NCBI GenBank assembly: GCA_963575745.1 | Contig: CAUYUJ010000001.1 | Location: 3,410,001-3,474,000, forward strand | Length of the DNA: 64,000 nt | DNA from: Prorocentrum cordatum | Lineage: Eukaryota | Direction of reading: 5' to 3' | Part shown: piece by piece, positions 10,936-24,094 of the stretch | Layout: each line of letters begins with the position of its first letter | Position numbering within the stretch: position 1 is the stretch's first letter | Notes under the pieces: model-generated | Told to the model about the DNA's origin: nothing | Database searches by the model: none | The model's input: the letters and a program-made list of their open reading frames with translations, nothing else | Translations under genes and position numbers: made by a program

Positions 10936-13106
10936 AAGATCTTGGCATCTGCGGGCCTAGGGGGTCGGCGGTGTGGCGTAAGCTAGTGAAACATATGTCC
11001 AATAATTCTCGCCGACGCCGCAGGCAGTGGAAGGCAAGACACTGAAGCACGCGGGCATCATTACAGACCCTCCGCAAAAATCTTTCCGTCTTGCTCTGTC
11101 TGACCTGGCCAACACCATCTTCTGAAGTAGCCTCGCGGGGCGAGAACTCGGAGAGGGTCGATCCCAGCCTTGGTTAAGTTTCGGCCGAACCTCTCCATGA
11201 ATGGCCCCCGAGCTGTGACCCACGCGTGGCTGGCGAACTCCCACTCGTGGAAGTCAGGCCCTGCTTGCGAGCATTGTATGGCCTGCTCATCGTCACCGAG
11301 CGCGAGAACCAGCTAAGCCCAAAAGGGAGAGGCGGTTAGGCTCTCCTCGCTCCCGCCATCTGTGTTCGCCAGCGGCGCTAGGTGCCCATCGGCGCCTCCA
11401 GGCCACTTTCTCTGGCGCTTGCCGAGGAGAAGTGCAAATCTCCCAGGCCAGAGAACGACCTCTGGCCCCTCCTCCTGCTCGGGCGCGGCCATATCTGCGA
11501 ACGCACGGATCAATGTAATGCATCCGTGGACCTCTTGATCTTTGCCACGTGAGGAACGAAATCCAAGTGAACAGGGCACGCCGAAGTTGAATTGAACCCC
11601 AACTCCGCGGGAACAGCCCCCCTCGGTGCATCAATCTTTGACTGGGGAGGGAAGACTGTTGGTTGGCGGGGGGGCAGGCGGTAAGCAGCAAACATGGGGC
11701 GGGGGAGCTCGGCGTCGGTTCCAGACATCCCCCAATGCAATCGGACCCAGGACTGAAGAACATCCCACAAGAACACGAGGCCATCCGCCGGCCAAAACAA
11801 CCCAAACCATACGATCACTCGAGAATCTCATCCCCCAGGATGCCCCCAAAACATCTCACTGTTTTTTTTTTGCGTCGGCGGCTAGGCAGAGTAACTGCGC
11901 TGGCGGAGAGCTAACTAAACGGGGGTGCCGTTGTAGCGAAGTGCGCCACCATGCAGGAGAAGGGGACAGGGCAGAGGAAGCGGCCGAAGGAGGGGGCGGG
12001 AAGGGAGCGAGGCCTCTCAGGGGGACGGGTCACGCCCTGAGCGCGTGGAACATCCCACAAACACGAAGAACAATAGGTTACCCTCCACGAGCCGACCTCG
12101 ATCTTGTACCTCGGTCCGGCTGTCTGATTTTTTGTTCTATCCGCGACCCCCCAGCAGCTCCCGACTCCTGCCCCTGGGGGTAGTGCCTCGCCCCGCGGAT
12201 CCCATGCTGGTGGCCCCGAGGCCCGAAAGACGGGCCCCAGAGGTCGAGATCGAGGGGCGCGGCCCATATCGACCAAATCTTATCGTCGCTGGCGGCCCGC
12301 TCAAGCCGCCGCGTTAGGCCGCTATGCAATCTCGCGTAGGGCCCGCTCTTGATCGTGGAAAAAACGCAGCGTGCCGCGCTCGCGTCCCGCGCAAGCTGTG
12401 GCGTAAGGCCGCTGTGCCATCTCGCGTGAGGCCCGCTTTTGAGAGCCGCTCGTGTGGTCGCCCAGCTTCCCCGAGCTGTTTCGGGGCCCCTGCCATCGAG
12501 GCGGAGCCCAGAGATCCGGGGTTCCCAGTCCCAGCTCTCATTGGCCATGCCGCGGAGAACCCACGAGCTGGCCTGGCAGGGCCGTCCTGCCGCACCGCCC
12601 GAGCGGCAACGGCCGGGCCGCCCGGCGCAGCGAGAGAGGGTCGGGGGGACGATCAGCACCGCCATCGGCTCGCGAGGCTCTGGCCGGAGATTCCGGACCC
12701 TCTGGCGCCAACCTGATCGGACAAGAACGCAGAGCGCCGCGTTTGTCCGTTAGGCTCGAACGTAAACCAACAAAAAGAAGCGAGCGACGACAAGGCGGCC
12801 GATGACGAGGATGACGGCGTGGATGACGGGGAAAGTAGCGAAGCTCTGGCAGGAGAGTCTGGACCTTCTGGCGCCAATCCGCCGGTGCCCGTGGTGCCGT
12901 ACAGTCACCAGGCATTCGAATGCAACTGTCGACCTCTTGACTTGTGCCCTGGCAAATGTTGAGCTTGTCTGGACGAGGCGTACCGAAAGTAAACTGAAGC
13001 CCAACTCCACAAGAACGGCCCCTCGGTGTACCAGCTTTTGACGACAAGAAAGGGGGGGGGCCTGTGCTGGGTGCGGGCGGCAAACAATAAAACGCAAACT
13101 AGAGAA

Positions 13107-13676
13107 CGGACAACGGAAAACGGAAACCGGAAAACGGAAAACGGAACCCGGAAACCGGAAAACGAAAAACGGAAACTGGAAAACGGAACACGGAAAACAG
13201 AACTTCGCTTTTTTGCCCAAGCCGGGAACCGGAAAACGGAAAACGGAAAACGGAAACTGGAAAGCGGAAACCGGAAACCAAAAAACGGAAACCGGAAAAC
13301 GGAAAACGGACAACGGAATTTGGTTTTCTGCCAAACCCGGAAAACGGAAACCAAAAACCGGAAAACGGAAACCGGAAAACGGAAACCATGGAACGGAAAC
13401 CGGAAAACGGTAACCGGAAAACGGAAAACGGATTTTCGTTTTCTGCCCAAACCGGAAAACAGAAAACGGAAACCGGAAACCGGAAAACGGAAAACAGAAA
13501 TCGGAAACCGGAAAACGGAAACCCGAAGAAAAAAAACGGAAAACGCAACTTCGTTTTCTGCCCAGACCGGAAACCGGAAAACGGAAACCATGGAACGGAA
13601 ACCGGAAAACGGAAACCGGAAAACGGATTTTCGTGTTCTGCTCCAGGGTTATGTTTTCCGTTTCCGTTCCGGTCCG
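13107..13676 (+). repeat. CGGAAAA/CGGAAAC satellite, second locus, ending in inverted units
   Basis: Same unit as 4506-5236. Internal ttttctgcccaa blocks recur about every 113-118 nt; the array ends gttttccgtttccgttccgg. Confidence 0.9.
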
Positions 13677-15739
13677 GCGCGCCTGCTGACCGGAATCATC
13701 TGCGGTGGTGTTCTGGCCTTTGGGGGAAGTTATTGGAGGGCTCTTGGGATTTCTGGGGGTGGGGTCTCTTCGGTTTTTGGTGGGGGTCTCCCGGTGGACT
13801 CTTGGGACTTCTTAGACGCGCCTTGGAGGGCTCCGCTGGGCTCTTGGCGTCTGGGTTCGAAATGTCGAATGGCGTCGGCTGGAAAAAAAGGGTTCGAGGG
13901 AGGTTTTCAAGATGGGCCTCATACCTCTCAGTGGGGCAGGATGCTGGGTTAGGGCGGCGGAGGGAAGGAGTCAAGGAGATGAGGGAGGGGGGAGGCGGAA
14001 ACGCATGAGTGAGGCGGAGAGAGGAAGGCGTGAAGGAGAGTTGAAGAGGAGGGAGGAGGTAAAAATGACGAGCGGGGAGGAGGGAGGAGAGGAATGAGAA
14101 GGATGTGGAACGGGAGACGAAGGAGAACCAAGAGCAGGAAAGAGAGAGAGAGAGAGAGAACACAAAGAACGGACAACGAAGGATGGGCGAAACGGAAACG
14201 GAACACACACGCACACACGCACACACACTCTGGGGCACGCCATAGCCTTGGACAGGAGGGAACGGAGGGGGACGTGCGAACTTGACAAGATAAATGTGAT
14301 GGAATTCCCTTCCTCAAGTTGGCTCTGGAGACCCAAAAGGGCACCCAAGATCGCCCCAAGAGCCCTCCAAGAGCTCCCGAAGAGCTCCGCGGAAGCCGTC
14401 GAGAGGCTAACATCATTGCACACGATGCGCTCCGAGCGGCTCACGGGAACATCTTGGAGCTCTCCTGGGGGCCTCTTGGGAGCTCTTGAGGGCCTCTCGG
14501 GGCCCTCTTCGGCGCGGGCTGCTTCCGAGGCGGCTCCTGGGAGCTCGTTGGGGCCTGCTCGGAGCGTTTTTGTGGCCTCGGTGGTGCCTCTCCGGGCGTC
14601 ATAGAGGGTTCTCTTTTGGCCTCTTGGGGCCACTTCGCGCCGCTCGGGACACCTCCTGGGGGCATCTTGGAGCTCTCTTGGAGGGCTTGCGCAAGCTTCG
14701 GAAGCGTGTCGGAGGTGGAAGTGCAAGAAAACCGGAAACTATTCATTTACCACAATTTTTGAATGATTTTGGCATCAGAGCCCTCTGGGGGCTGGCTTGG
14801 ACAATCTTGGAGCACTCTTCGGCTGTCTCGGGGACGTCCTGGGCCTGTCCTGGGGCTCTCTTGGACGCCCCTGAGGGCGGCACCACTGATTTTCCAAACA
14901 TAATCGCCGAGTTGGCAAAGCCTAGGGGAGGGGCATGTATGTATGCATTTATGTTTGTATGTATTATGATATATAGGTGTACATATACATGCATGCATAT
15001 ATGCATGTCTACATGTTTGTATGCATGTCTGTGTGTGACCATGCATATATTTACACACACACACACGTATGGTTTATGACTATGAATGCATGTATACATA
15101 CAGAAAAGTGGGACGCGTATGTATGTATGCAAGTATGTACGTACGTACGTGCGTATGTATGTGTGCGCATGTATGTATGCTGTATGTCTGTACGTCTGTT
15201 TGTCTGCCTGTCTGTCTGTCTGCCTGCTTGTATGGATGTATACATGTACGTGTGCAATATGATGTGAAGGAGGGACAGAGAGGGACAGAAGGATTGGGGG
15301 CGACGGGGCAAGGGGGGGGCGACGGTGCCAAGGTGGCCTCCCGCCTTCTGCGAGGCGGCCCGCGCGAGAGGACGCCGGCTGGGGCCGCTGGCCGGCCTGA
15401 AGGTAGGTGGACTGCGGGGCCCCCGCCTCGCTGCTGTAGAGCTGGCGCTCGGACAGGTGCGTCTGGCCTGCCCTGCCAGCCACGGATCCTCCTCCTCCTT
15501 CTCCTCCTCCTCCTTCTCCCTTCCCCCCTCCTCCTCCTCTTCCTCCTCCTCCCTCCCTCCTCCTCCTCCTCCTCCTCCTCCTGCTCCCCCTCCTCCTCCT
15601 CCTCCTCCTCCTCCTCCTCCCCCCTCCCCCCTCCTCCTCCTCCTCCTCCTCCTCCTCCTCCTTCTCCTCCTCCTCCTCCTCCTCCTCCCCGTCTGACTAC
15701 ACGAGGCGTCGGAAGGGCGGGCTGGGCGCTTCGCCTGCG

Positions 15740-16200
15740 AGAGCCTCATTTCGCATTGCTGCGTCCAACTTTTCCAGTCAGCCTCGGTCCTGCTAGCAAG
15801 CGCACCATGGGACCAGACACCATGGAACGCATCAGTCTGCAGTCTCGGGGGCGCCACGGTCGGCCTGCCATTCGAGCTATACTCGGAAGCTCTCTTCCTG
15901 CTGCAACTTTGTCGCTGCGTCGAACGTTCATCACTTGTGTGTAACATCCTTCAGGAAAAGAAGCTCGACGAATTTCCCGGCGGTAGCTAAGGTTGAGGGA
16001 TTACCGCCAACGCCTCAAACACTTCGCAAAGCCTCCTCTGGCCTCGCAACGTGCCCCGCAAACGCTTTCCTCATTGTTTCCCAATGCTATGCCGTAAGGG
16101 TTTCCGGAAACTCCTGTCCAGAGTTCTCAGAGCTCGTCCTCAAGGCCTTCGCACAAATTCTGCTCCTCTGCAACCTGTTTTTTTCCCGGATAGCTCCTTG
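15740..16200 (-). pseudogene. Possible 3' relic of a non-LTR retrotransposon ORF2 (RTE-like C-terminus)
   Basis: Across broken frames it reads WETMRKAFAGHVAR, MAGRPWRPRD and ASRTEADWKSW, resembling the W.GHV.R / GRP..RW / A.DR..W order of RTE-type C-termini. Confidence 0.4.
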
Positions 16201-18415
16201 GACCCACTGGCAAGGGTAGGCCCGGAGGTCTCCCTGGTTGGCCCTTCGATGCTACAAGTTTTCGAAAACTAGACGGATGTATGTTTGGGGGTGGGGGTCG
16301 TTTTCAAGATGTGGCTCTCACCCAGGCGCCGCGCACTTTCGTCTTACAAGACTCATAACACGTACACGTGTGGAAAGGGGCGGAGGGGCTGGGGGGGGTC
16401 GTTTTCAAAATGTGATTCTAGTTTCGGCAGCGAACACATCGGTTGTAAAACCAATCCGGCAGTTTGCTGCATGGACGGCGGCGGTTTTCAACATGCTGAT
16501 CTTGCCTGACGTCGCGCGTATTCGTCTAAAAAGCCTCGATCAGTTCGCGGATGAGTGTGGTTCTCGCCTCAAAGCCGCGTGCATTCGTCATAGCAAACTC
16601 CGGCAGCTCCACCGACTGAGGGCGATCCATATCTAGCAAAAAATCCAACACCTACGCGTATGAGAGGATGAGGCTTTCGCCTCAGCGCCGCGGCTATTCG
16701 TCCTATGCGCTTCCAACAATTGCACGGGTGGAGGGCGCTTCCATTTCAATTTGACATTTCTTTTCGGCATGACTCCTCAGGACAAGGAACCTAAACATGT
16801 ACAACAAAATCCGCCGATCCTGTCGGCGTGTGTGAGGGGCTTCTCCGTTCGAGTCGTCGTCGCCATCATTCGTTCATCGTCGTCTCTGTCGTCCTCTTTC
16901 CCTGTGCTTTCCTTTCCCTCTGCCCGTCGCCGCTCCTCTCTCTTTTCCTGGGCTCTCCTCCTCGAGCGCGTCAGCCAAAGCGAAATTGAGCAACGTCGTC
17001 ATAGACTCGGCCCCTTCCATTTGATCCCTCCCCCGCCGGGAATGGAGGGGGGTCCTGGGTCCAGTCCCGGGTCCGGACCCGCGGGGGTCCTGGGTCAGAT
17101 AAGCTTCCCCTCGGGGGGCTCCCGGGCCAGCCGCAAAAAAGCCTCAAGATGGGCCAAGAGTGCCCCAAAAGCTCCCAACGACAGTCCACGAGGGCCCCGA
17201 ATCGCCGAACGATCTGTCCAAGAGACGCCTAGACGGCTTGGCCTCCAGACGGCCCAGGAATCCTCCAAGACGCTGAAAAAGGCCTCCAGGAGCAGTCCCA
17301 AGAGTGCCTCAACTGCACAAATCGTAGATTTCCCATTGGTTTTTGTATCATTTCGGCGTTCTCGCTTCTACCGCTTCCCGACGCGCCAAGCGGCCTCCCA
17401 GATCGCCACCAGACAGCCCCAAAGGGCTCCACGGGCGACCCAAAACGGCCCAAGAGAGCCCCAAGACGGCCCAAGACGCCGCCAAAAGAGCCCCAAAGGC
17501 TCCCAAGACGGCTCCAAGACGGTGCCGAGACGACGGACCAACACGGACATTTCGAGCCCTCCGCCCCGAGTGCCTCCAAGAGAAACCAAGAGGCCCCCAA
17601 AGGCCACCACGAAACCCCGAAGAGACCCCAAGGTGCTCCCGAGAGGCCCCCGGGAAGCCCCAACAGGCCCCCAAGAGGCTCCCAAGAAACCCTTACACTG
17701 TTCCCCGAGGCCCCCAAGAGCGTTTCGACCAGACCCCAAGACGCATCCCTGAGGACTTTGACCCGCGTCAGTGTCGTCGTCGTCGGCAGCCCGACGGCGT
17801 ACACACAGTAAAGTGGTCCTCAGAGGGGGTCCACCAACCAACATGTCGAGCCTTCCGCCCCAAGAGCCCCCCAGGAGGCCCCAGGAGGCGCCCCAGACGC
17901 CACCAAGAGCCCCCCCAGAGGCCCAAGAGAGTCCCAGGAGCACTCTCAAGAGAACCCCAAGAGAGCAAAATCACACATGTTCCTTAGCTTTGTGAGTATT
18001 TTCATCGTCACTGCCTTCGTCGTCGTCCCGCTTCAGGGTCGGCGGCACCTGCCGTGAGGCCTTCGCAATACACGGCTGGAGGGCGACTCTTTTTCGCATC
18101 GGGGCTGTCGTTTGAGTTTGAAGGGGCCCACAAACAGACATAAAGACACACAAATAAACATATTCCCAATCTTTTCACATATTTTCTGGGTTTTTGCCTT
18201 CCCCCCACGCTTCCCATATTTTCCAATATTTTCTTGGGAATCGACGATTGATTGTGTCTGTGTGTATTTTTCCTCTCCCGAATCGGGGCTGTCGCTTGAG
18301 TTTTCTCCTGGCGTGATTGCCAGGCGCCGGACGAGACACCTGGCAGGGCTTGGTGGTGGAGGGCGGCTGGCTATATCACAGCGGGGCTTTCGCTGGACAG
18401 CTCCCTGGACTTTCT

Positions 18416-18800
18416 GTAACGGGGGATGACGGTCAATAAAAAAAATGGGAGAGAACGATTACTCCAGATTTCGTAACAAAAGGGAGGGGGTCTGGACCCA
18501 CCAAGACATGCCATTTCAGACCCCCCCCCTGGGAGAACCCTCCAAAGCATCGTCCCCAGACCCCCCCAGGCCCTCCAAGATGGCCTGGAAGAGACCCCCC
18601 CCGAAATGAGACCCCCCTCCCTTTATTACGAAGTCTGGAGTACAAGAAATAGTTTCCCGCCACTTCTGCACAATTTTCGGACTGGAGGAGAACGATAAAA
18701 AAAAAAGTTTTCCAGCCCGCGGCCGGTCTTTTCCAATCGTCATCCCAGGCGCCGCCGCGTGAACGCGACCCCCGGTCATTGATTAATCGTCATCCTCCAT
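18416..18800. mobile_element. MITE family B copy interrupted by a family A MITE
   Basis: Ends ggggatgacggtcaat ... attaatcgtcatcctccat. Colinear with 21163-21365 once 18462-18642 is removed. Confidence 0.8.
18460..18642 (+). mobile_element. MITE family A copy 1 (Tc1/mariner-type, TA TSD)
   Basis: TIRs TA-ctccagatttcgtaacaaaaggg ... ccctttattacgaagtctggag-TA. Confidence 0.9.
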
Positions 18801-21162
18801 CAGTCAGAAACATGGATGGCGGCTCCTTTGCAGCATGGCGACCTCGCGTGAGTCTTTGGACCACTGGGCGCGCGTCTTTCGGGAGGGAACGCCCGTGGTG
18901 GGAAATGCGGCAGGGGCTGATGGGGAGGGGTTTTGGACCGGCGGGGGGTGTTGCAGCATTGTTTCTCAGCTTGGGTTTTACTCTTGTCTTTCTCCTCCTG
19001 CCCCTGCTCCTGCTATTGCTTTTGATCCAGCTCCTGCTCCTCCTCCTGCTTCCCCTCCCCTTCCTCCTCATCCTCCTACGATCCCCCCCTCTTCTTCCCC
19101 CCGTTCCTGCAAACCGAAAAAGATCGAGGCGCCAACGCACCCTTCCCCGCGCCCCCTGCCTACCGCCGGGAACGCGAGGGCTATGGTCGCCAGCGCGACG
19201 ACTCAGCAGGCGACAGCGAGCACCGCCCCAGCTCCGCTAGGCCGCGTCGGCGGCCTGCAGCTTGGCCGCCGGGCTTGCGCAGTCCGCTCTCGGGGCGGCG
19301 CGCAGTTGCCCCGCCTTCGCGCGCTGCGGGGCGTTGCTGAGCTCAGCGCCCCAACGTTGCGCGAGGGCCCTCGCCGCCGCCGCGACGCGCTTCCCGTCCG
19401 CCAGCTCTGCCTGGTCGCGGGGGATCCGGCGGAGGTGGCGGAAGGCCCGCTCTGCCGTGCCGGCTGCGCGTGGGGGCATCAATTCCACCCCCGTGTGGGC
19501 ACCGTTCTCGCGCGCACCAGGCGAAGGCGAACGTCCATTCCGCTTGACCACCAGTCCAATAACAAACAGCACGGGGTTTCGACTGCCGTGCAGGAGTGCT
19601 GTCTGTAAACGCGCGCGGTCCAAGGGCGCTTCCCTTGCAAAGTACAAGCGCCTGATGTTTTGATGTGCTGCCTGTTTTTCCATGACCGCGACCGTCAAAC
19701 ACAAGCACGCGATGCCCGTCCACGGCCAAAGAAATCTGCCTGAACATTAAATCCGCTTCCGCTCGTGGGGGCTATGTCCGCCCCCCTCGGTTGTAAGCTC
19801 GAGTTCGGCAGCGGCAGGGCTCTAAAGTGGCCTGCCAGGCAGGCGCCACCACAATCAGGGAGGAGGGGAGGGGGGAGAGAGGTGGAGAAGCAATCCAAAC
19901 ACCTGGAGCAGCGCTCAAGCAACTCTGCGATACACCCTGCGAAATGCTTAAGAATTCATGGGTTAAGAAACTCATAATCTCAGAACTTGAATAAAAACCC
20001 AACATTTCTATTACAATCTTAAGATTTACATTGCAACGTTAAGAATAATCGAGACTCTGGCCGAAAGCTTAAGTTTTCTTAAGCATCGCCTAAGGTGTAG
20101 GCGAGCCCATGCGCGCAACCAGGGAGTTGGGACGCGGGCAAAACGCTTGACTTGGGCTTCTTCGATCTGCCACCGTACCCTGGGGCACGAGTTGGACTGC
20201 CCTTGTGTATAAAAGGGTGAAAAGGGGTAGGCGTGCTGGTGGCCTTGCCTCTGCCGGCGCGCCAACGGCGCGCAGCCCAAATTAATTCATTAATGAACCC
20301 GAAAGTGTCGGGCTGGGTGCGGCAGGCCGCCGGCAGCCCAGCCAGCCGCCGAGGAGGGAAGGAGGGGGGGGGGGGCGCCAGGCCGCCGATGCCCCCCACA
20401 GGCCGCCGACTGCCCTTGTTTCCTTTGCCGAATCCCTTAAACCTCAGTCCTCAATCCTGAGGATACTTCTGGGGGCCAATGCCCCCAATTCTCACATCTT
20501 CTTGGGTGCCTCCTGGGGCCCGTCGCGCCTTGCCGCGTGACCTGTTCGGGCCCGCAAGAGAGACCCAAGACAAGCCAAGCGTGCCCCGAGAGTGTCCGGA
20601 GAGGGCCCCAAGATGGCCCAACAGGCCTCGGAATCGGTAAACGAGCGGTCTAATGCGTTAGAGATGGACTCCAGTCGGCCGGAAAAACGCCCGAGACGTT
20701 CCAAGGAGACCCCAAGAGCACCCCATCGAGGGCGCCAAGAGGCAAACTTCGTCCCATTCCCTGAGGGCGCGCCATCTTTTGCATACGCGACTTTTGAATT
20801 TTCACGTAATGTCCAAGACGACCCAAGGAGGCCCCCCACGCCGCCCAAAAATAGCCCAAACGACAAAACGATGGGACAATACGCAACGACCGACCAGCCA
20901 TAACTGGGGGAGCTGTGGTCCTTACCCCCCTGGGGGAACCCATCGCATCGACGATCTCTCGAGAGGGGTGTCGAAATCGATGGGTCCCCCAGGGGGGTAA
21001 GGACCACAGCTCCCCCAGTTCTGGCTCCCCTGAACGAGGCAGCCGGCGCGAGCATCGACCCACCCAGGCCAACGGGGCTCTGCCGCCTCCTGGTGCACAT
21101 GCCGTGCTCAGGGACCTCGATCATGCCGCGAAGCCAGATCAGCATCGAGCAAGCCGGATCTG

Positions 21163-21365
21163 TAATGCGGGATGACGATTAATCAAAAAATGGGAGAGAA
21201 CGACTGAAAACATAGTTTTCTGCTATTTCTGCACAATTTTCTGATTGGAGAAGAACGATTGAAGAAATAGTTTTCCAGCCCGCGGCGGGTTTTTTCTAAT
21301 CGTCATCCCGGGCGCCGCCGCGTGAACACGACCCCCGGTCATTTATTAATCGTCATCCTCCATTA
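21163..21365. mobile_element. MITE family B, uninterrupted copy
   Basis: TA-atgcgggatgacgattaat ... attaatcgtcatcctccat-TA. Confidence 0.82.
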
Positions 21366-21441
21366 TCCAGAGGGGTGTGCGTCGACAGCGCTGCGCAAAC
21401 GACCAGCGAGCCGCCCAAACCATGCCCGAGCACCTCGTAGC

Positions 21442-21625
21442 TACTTCGGATTCCATAATAAAGTGGGGGGGGTCACATTTTTTGGGGGGTCTGATTTGAG
21501 CTGTCTTGGAGGGCTCGGGGGGGTCTGGGCAAAGTGCCGCCCTTTCATGGATGGTCTGGGGGGGTCTAAAACTTGTGGTCTGGGAGGATTGTGACCCCCT
21601 CCCTTTTATTACGAAATCTGGAGTA
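21442..21625 (-). mobile_element. MITE family A copy 2 (inverted, more diverged)
   Basis: TA-cttcggattccataataaag ... cttttattacgaaatctggag-TA; the interior is the reverse complement of the other copies. Confidence 0.8.
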
Positions 21626-21843
21626 TCTTGCTTGACGAGGAACGACGAGGACCCAGCAGAATTCAACACGCCCCCGCGACCAACCACAACCTTTGCGCCC
21701 CGCGGGGAGCCGCGCCTCCAACGGCACCGCGCAGGGAAGGGCGAGGCTCCGCGCCACCAGGCTCACGAGCCAGCCCTGCCCGACCAGGCTCACGAAGGAG
21801 GGCCGCGCGACCAAATTCACGACGCAGGTCGTCACGAGAAGGC

Positions 21844-22025
21844 TACTCCAGATTTCGTAATAAAAGGGATGGGGTCTGGACCCTCCAAGACAAGCCATTT
21901 CAGACCTCCCCCGTGGGAGAACCCTCAAAAACATCGTCCCCAGACCCCCCAGGCCCTCCAAGATAGCCTGGAAGAGACCCCCCCCGAAATGAGACCCCCC
22001 CCCCTTTATTACGAAACCTGGAGTA
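21844..22025 (+). mobile_element. MITE family A copy 3
   Basis: TA-ctccagatttcgtaataaaaggg ... ccctttattacgaaacctggag-TA. Confidence 0.9.
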
Positions 22026-22530
22026 AGAAGGAAGAGCCATCTCAGCACCACCACGCAATACATCAGGATGCAGGTCCGCACCACACTCGTGACGTGAATC
22101 GGGAAGCTCGCGGACATCATGCGGCAGCTCAGCAAACCATGTCCAGAAACAAATATCCCCGACCAGGTTCATGAAGAAGAGGCGCACGACCAAACTCGCG
22201 CCGTTGATCGTCGCAACTGGGCTCAGGAGGAAGATCCAGATCGGCCCGACCACCGGGTACATTATGAAGAGGGTCCGCACCAAGGTTCCAGGATGGATCG
22301 GGAAACTCGCGAACGACATCAGGAGACACCTGACGAACAGCAACGCGAACAGCAACGTCAGCACCCAGTTCTCGCAGGAGTGCCTTAGCAGCGCCGAGTC
22401 CATCACGCTGAAAAACAGGGGGCCCTTTGTTGAAGGGCAGAGGCGGCACCTCGCGTAGTGCCAAAGGGTGCGAAGCTCGTCGATTACCCTCTTTAGGATA
22501 AGAACCACGTGGGAGTTTACGCCGACGGCC

Positions 22531-22578
<48 letters not shown>

Positions 22579-22768
22579 CTGATGATGATTACGATGATGC
22601 TTATGCTGATGCTGATGATTGTGATGATGACGCTGATGCTGATGCTGATGCTGATTATGTTGATGATTTAGCGACTAATGTTGCTGCTGATGATCTTTAT
22701 GATTAGGATAATGTCGATGATGCTGCTGCTGCTGCTAATGATGAGGATGCTGATGATGGTGATGATGG

Positions 22769-22835
<67 letters not shown>
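22531..22835 (+). repeat. (GAT)n microsatellite
   Basis: Directly visible. Confidence 0.95.
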
Positions 22836-22836
<1 letters not shown>

Positions 22837-23916
22837 CGCAACTAATCAGAGCGGTGCATGGCGTCACTGTACTTCTACACTGCAGACTCCCCCGTAGATA
22901 CAACCGCCACTGGCTGGAGCTCTGCGGGGGCCCGAAAGATGTTCTAGCGCCCCGACTTGCCGCGGGACAAACCGCAGTCCGGAAGACATGCCGTCCACCC
23001 CCCCCAGGTGCCCTGCTCGGGCTGCCCAAACTATGCGCCTGCTCCGCTCAAAACGTAAACCGATACATTCGTTTGTGCATCTCGAGTGGACCGTGTCGAC
23101 TTGGTGGCCCTCAGGGGTGCGCAACCAGCATGGGTAATCGAATCGTTAGGGCCGTGCGCAGCCCTGCTGGGAGAAACGAGCCGCCGACCGCCTGCCTCGT
23201 CTGGCTTCTCAGCATCCTGGTTCCTGCTGATGCTGCTCGTGCGCTTGTTCTGAGCCACGTCCCCTGGAAGAACCAAATTCGAGGATCGAGCAGGGATCGA
23301 CCGTCCGGGCAGTCCGATAGGCCTACCAGGACATGCTCTTAGAGCTGAAGAGTGTTCGAACAACAGAAACGATGTTCTGACAACATACGAGTGATGAGCT
23401 CAAGCAAGACCGCCTCAACCATGCATGCTCTAATCGCATTTCGTGCCAACCACAGCAGGTTCCTAGAACATTATTTGGTGGGCCTGTCGGCAAATCAGGC
23501 CGCGTCGCCACTGCCTGGGAGAGATTTGGCGGCGCGCACAAGGGGGTATGGGGAGGGGGAAAGTTCTTTAGAAGCACCCCTGCTTCTTAAAAGGCGCGGG
23601 CCCTGTCTACAAATGTAAGGCTGGCGCCTTCTAAGAAGCAGCCGCCTTCTAAGAAGCCTTCCCCCCTCCTCCTACCCCCCTCTGCGCGCCGCCAGGAGAT
23701 GGGCACTGCGTGCCGCGGGCCCACACCCGCAACAACTGGGCCTGGTTTCAGCGCCGGGCGCGCGGCGTCCGCCATCGACACGTACGTGCCATGGTTCGCG
23801 GCGCGCCTCGGGATGTGCGTCGCCTGGGGCAGAGAGAGAGAGAGAAGGGGGGAGGGAGGGAGGGAGGGAAGGAGGGAGGGAGAAAGCGGGAGGGAGGGCG
23901 ATATTGTTCGCCCTAT

Positions 23917-23931
23917 CCCAGAGGAGGGTAA
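23917..23931 (+). repeat. Target-site duplication of LINE A, left copy
   Basis: cccagaggagggtaa, identical to 29896-29910. Confidence 0.9.
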
Positions 23932-24094
23932 TGATGAGATGCGATGAGACGACTCCCAGGAAGACAGTCCAAGGAGGGAGGAGCCAGCCCAGTACAAAAT
24001 GGGGGCAGGGTGCACCAGGGGAAATTTGCAGAGGACGAGAGTGGAGGCCACATGCCACCCTCGCCCTCAGCGGCAGGTGCACCCGCTCCAAAAC

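Noticed and set aside
21844..22025. MITE A acting as an introner
   Set aside because: The candidate GC-AG (plus) and GT-AG (minus) boundaries I tried do not restore the pre-insertion sequence.
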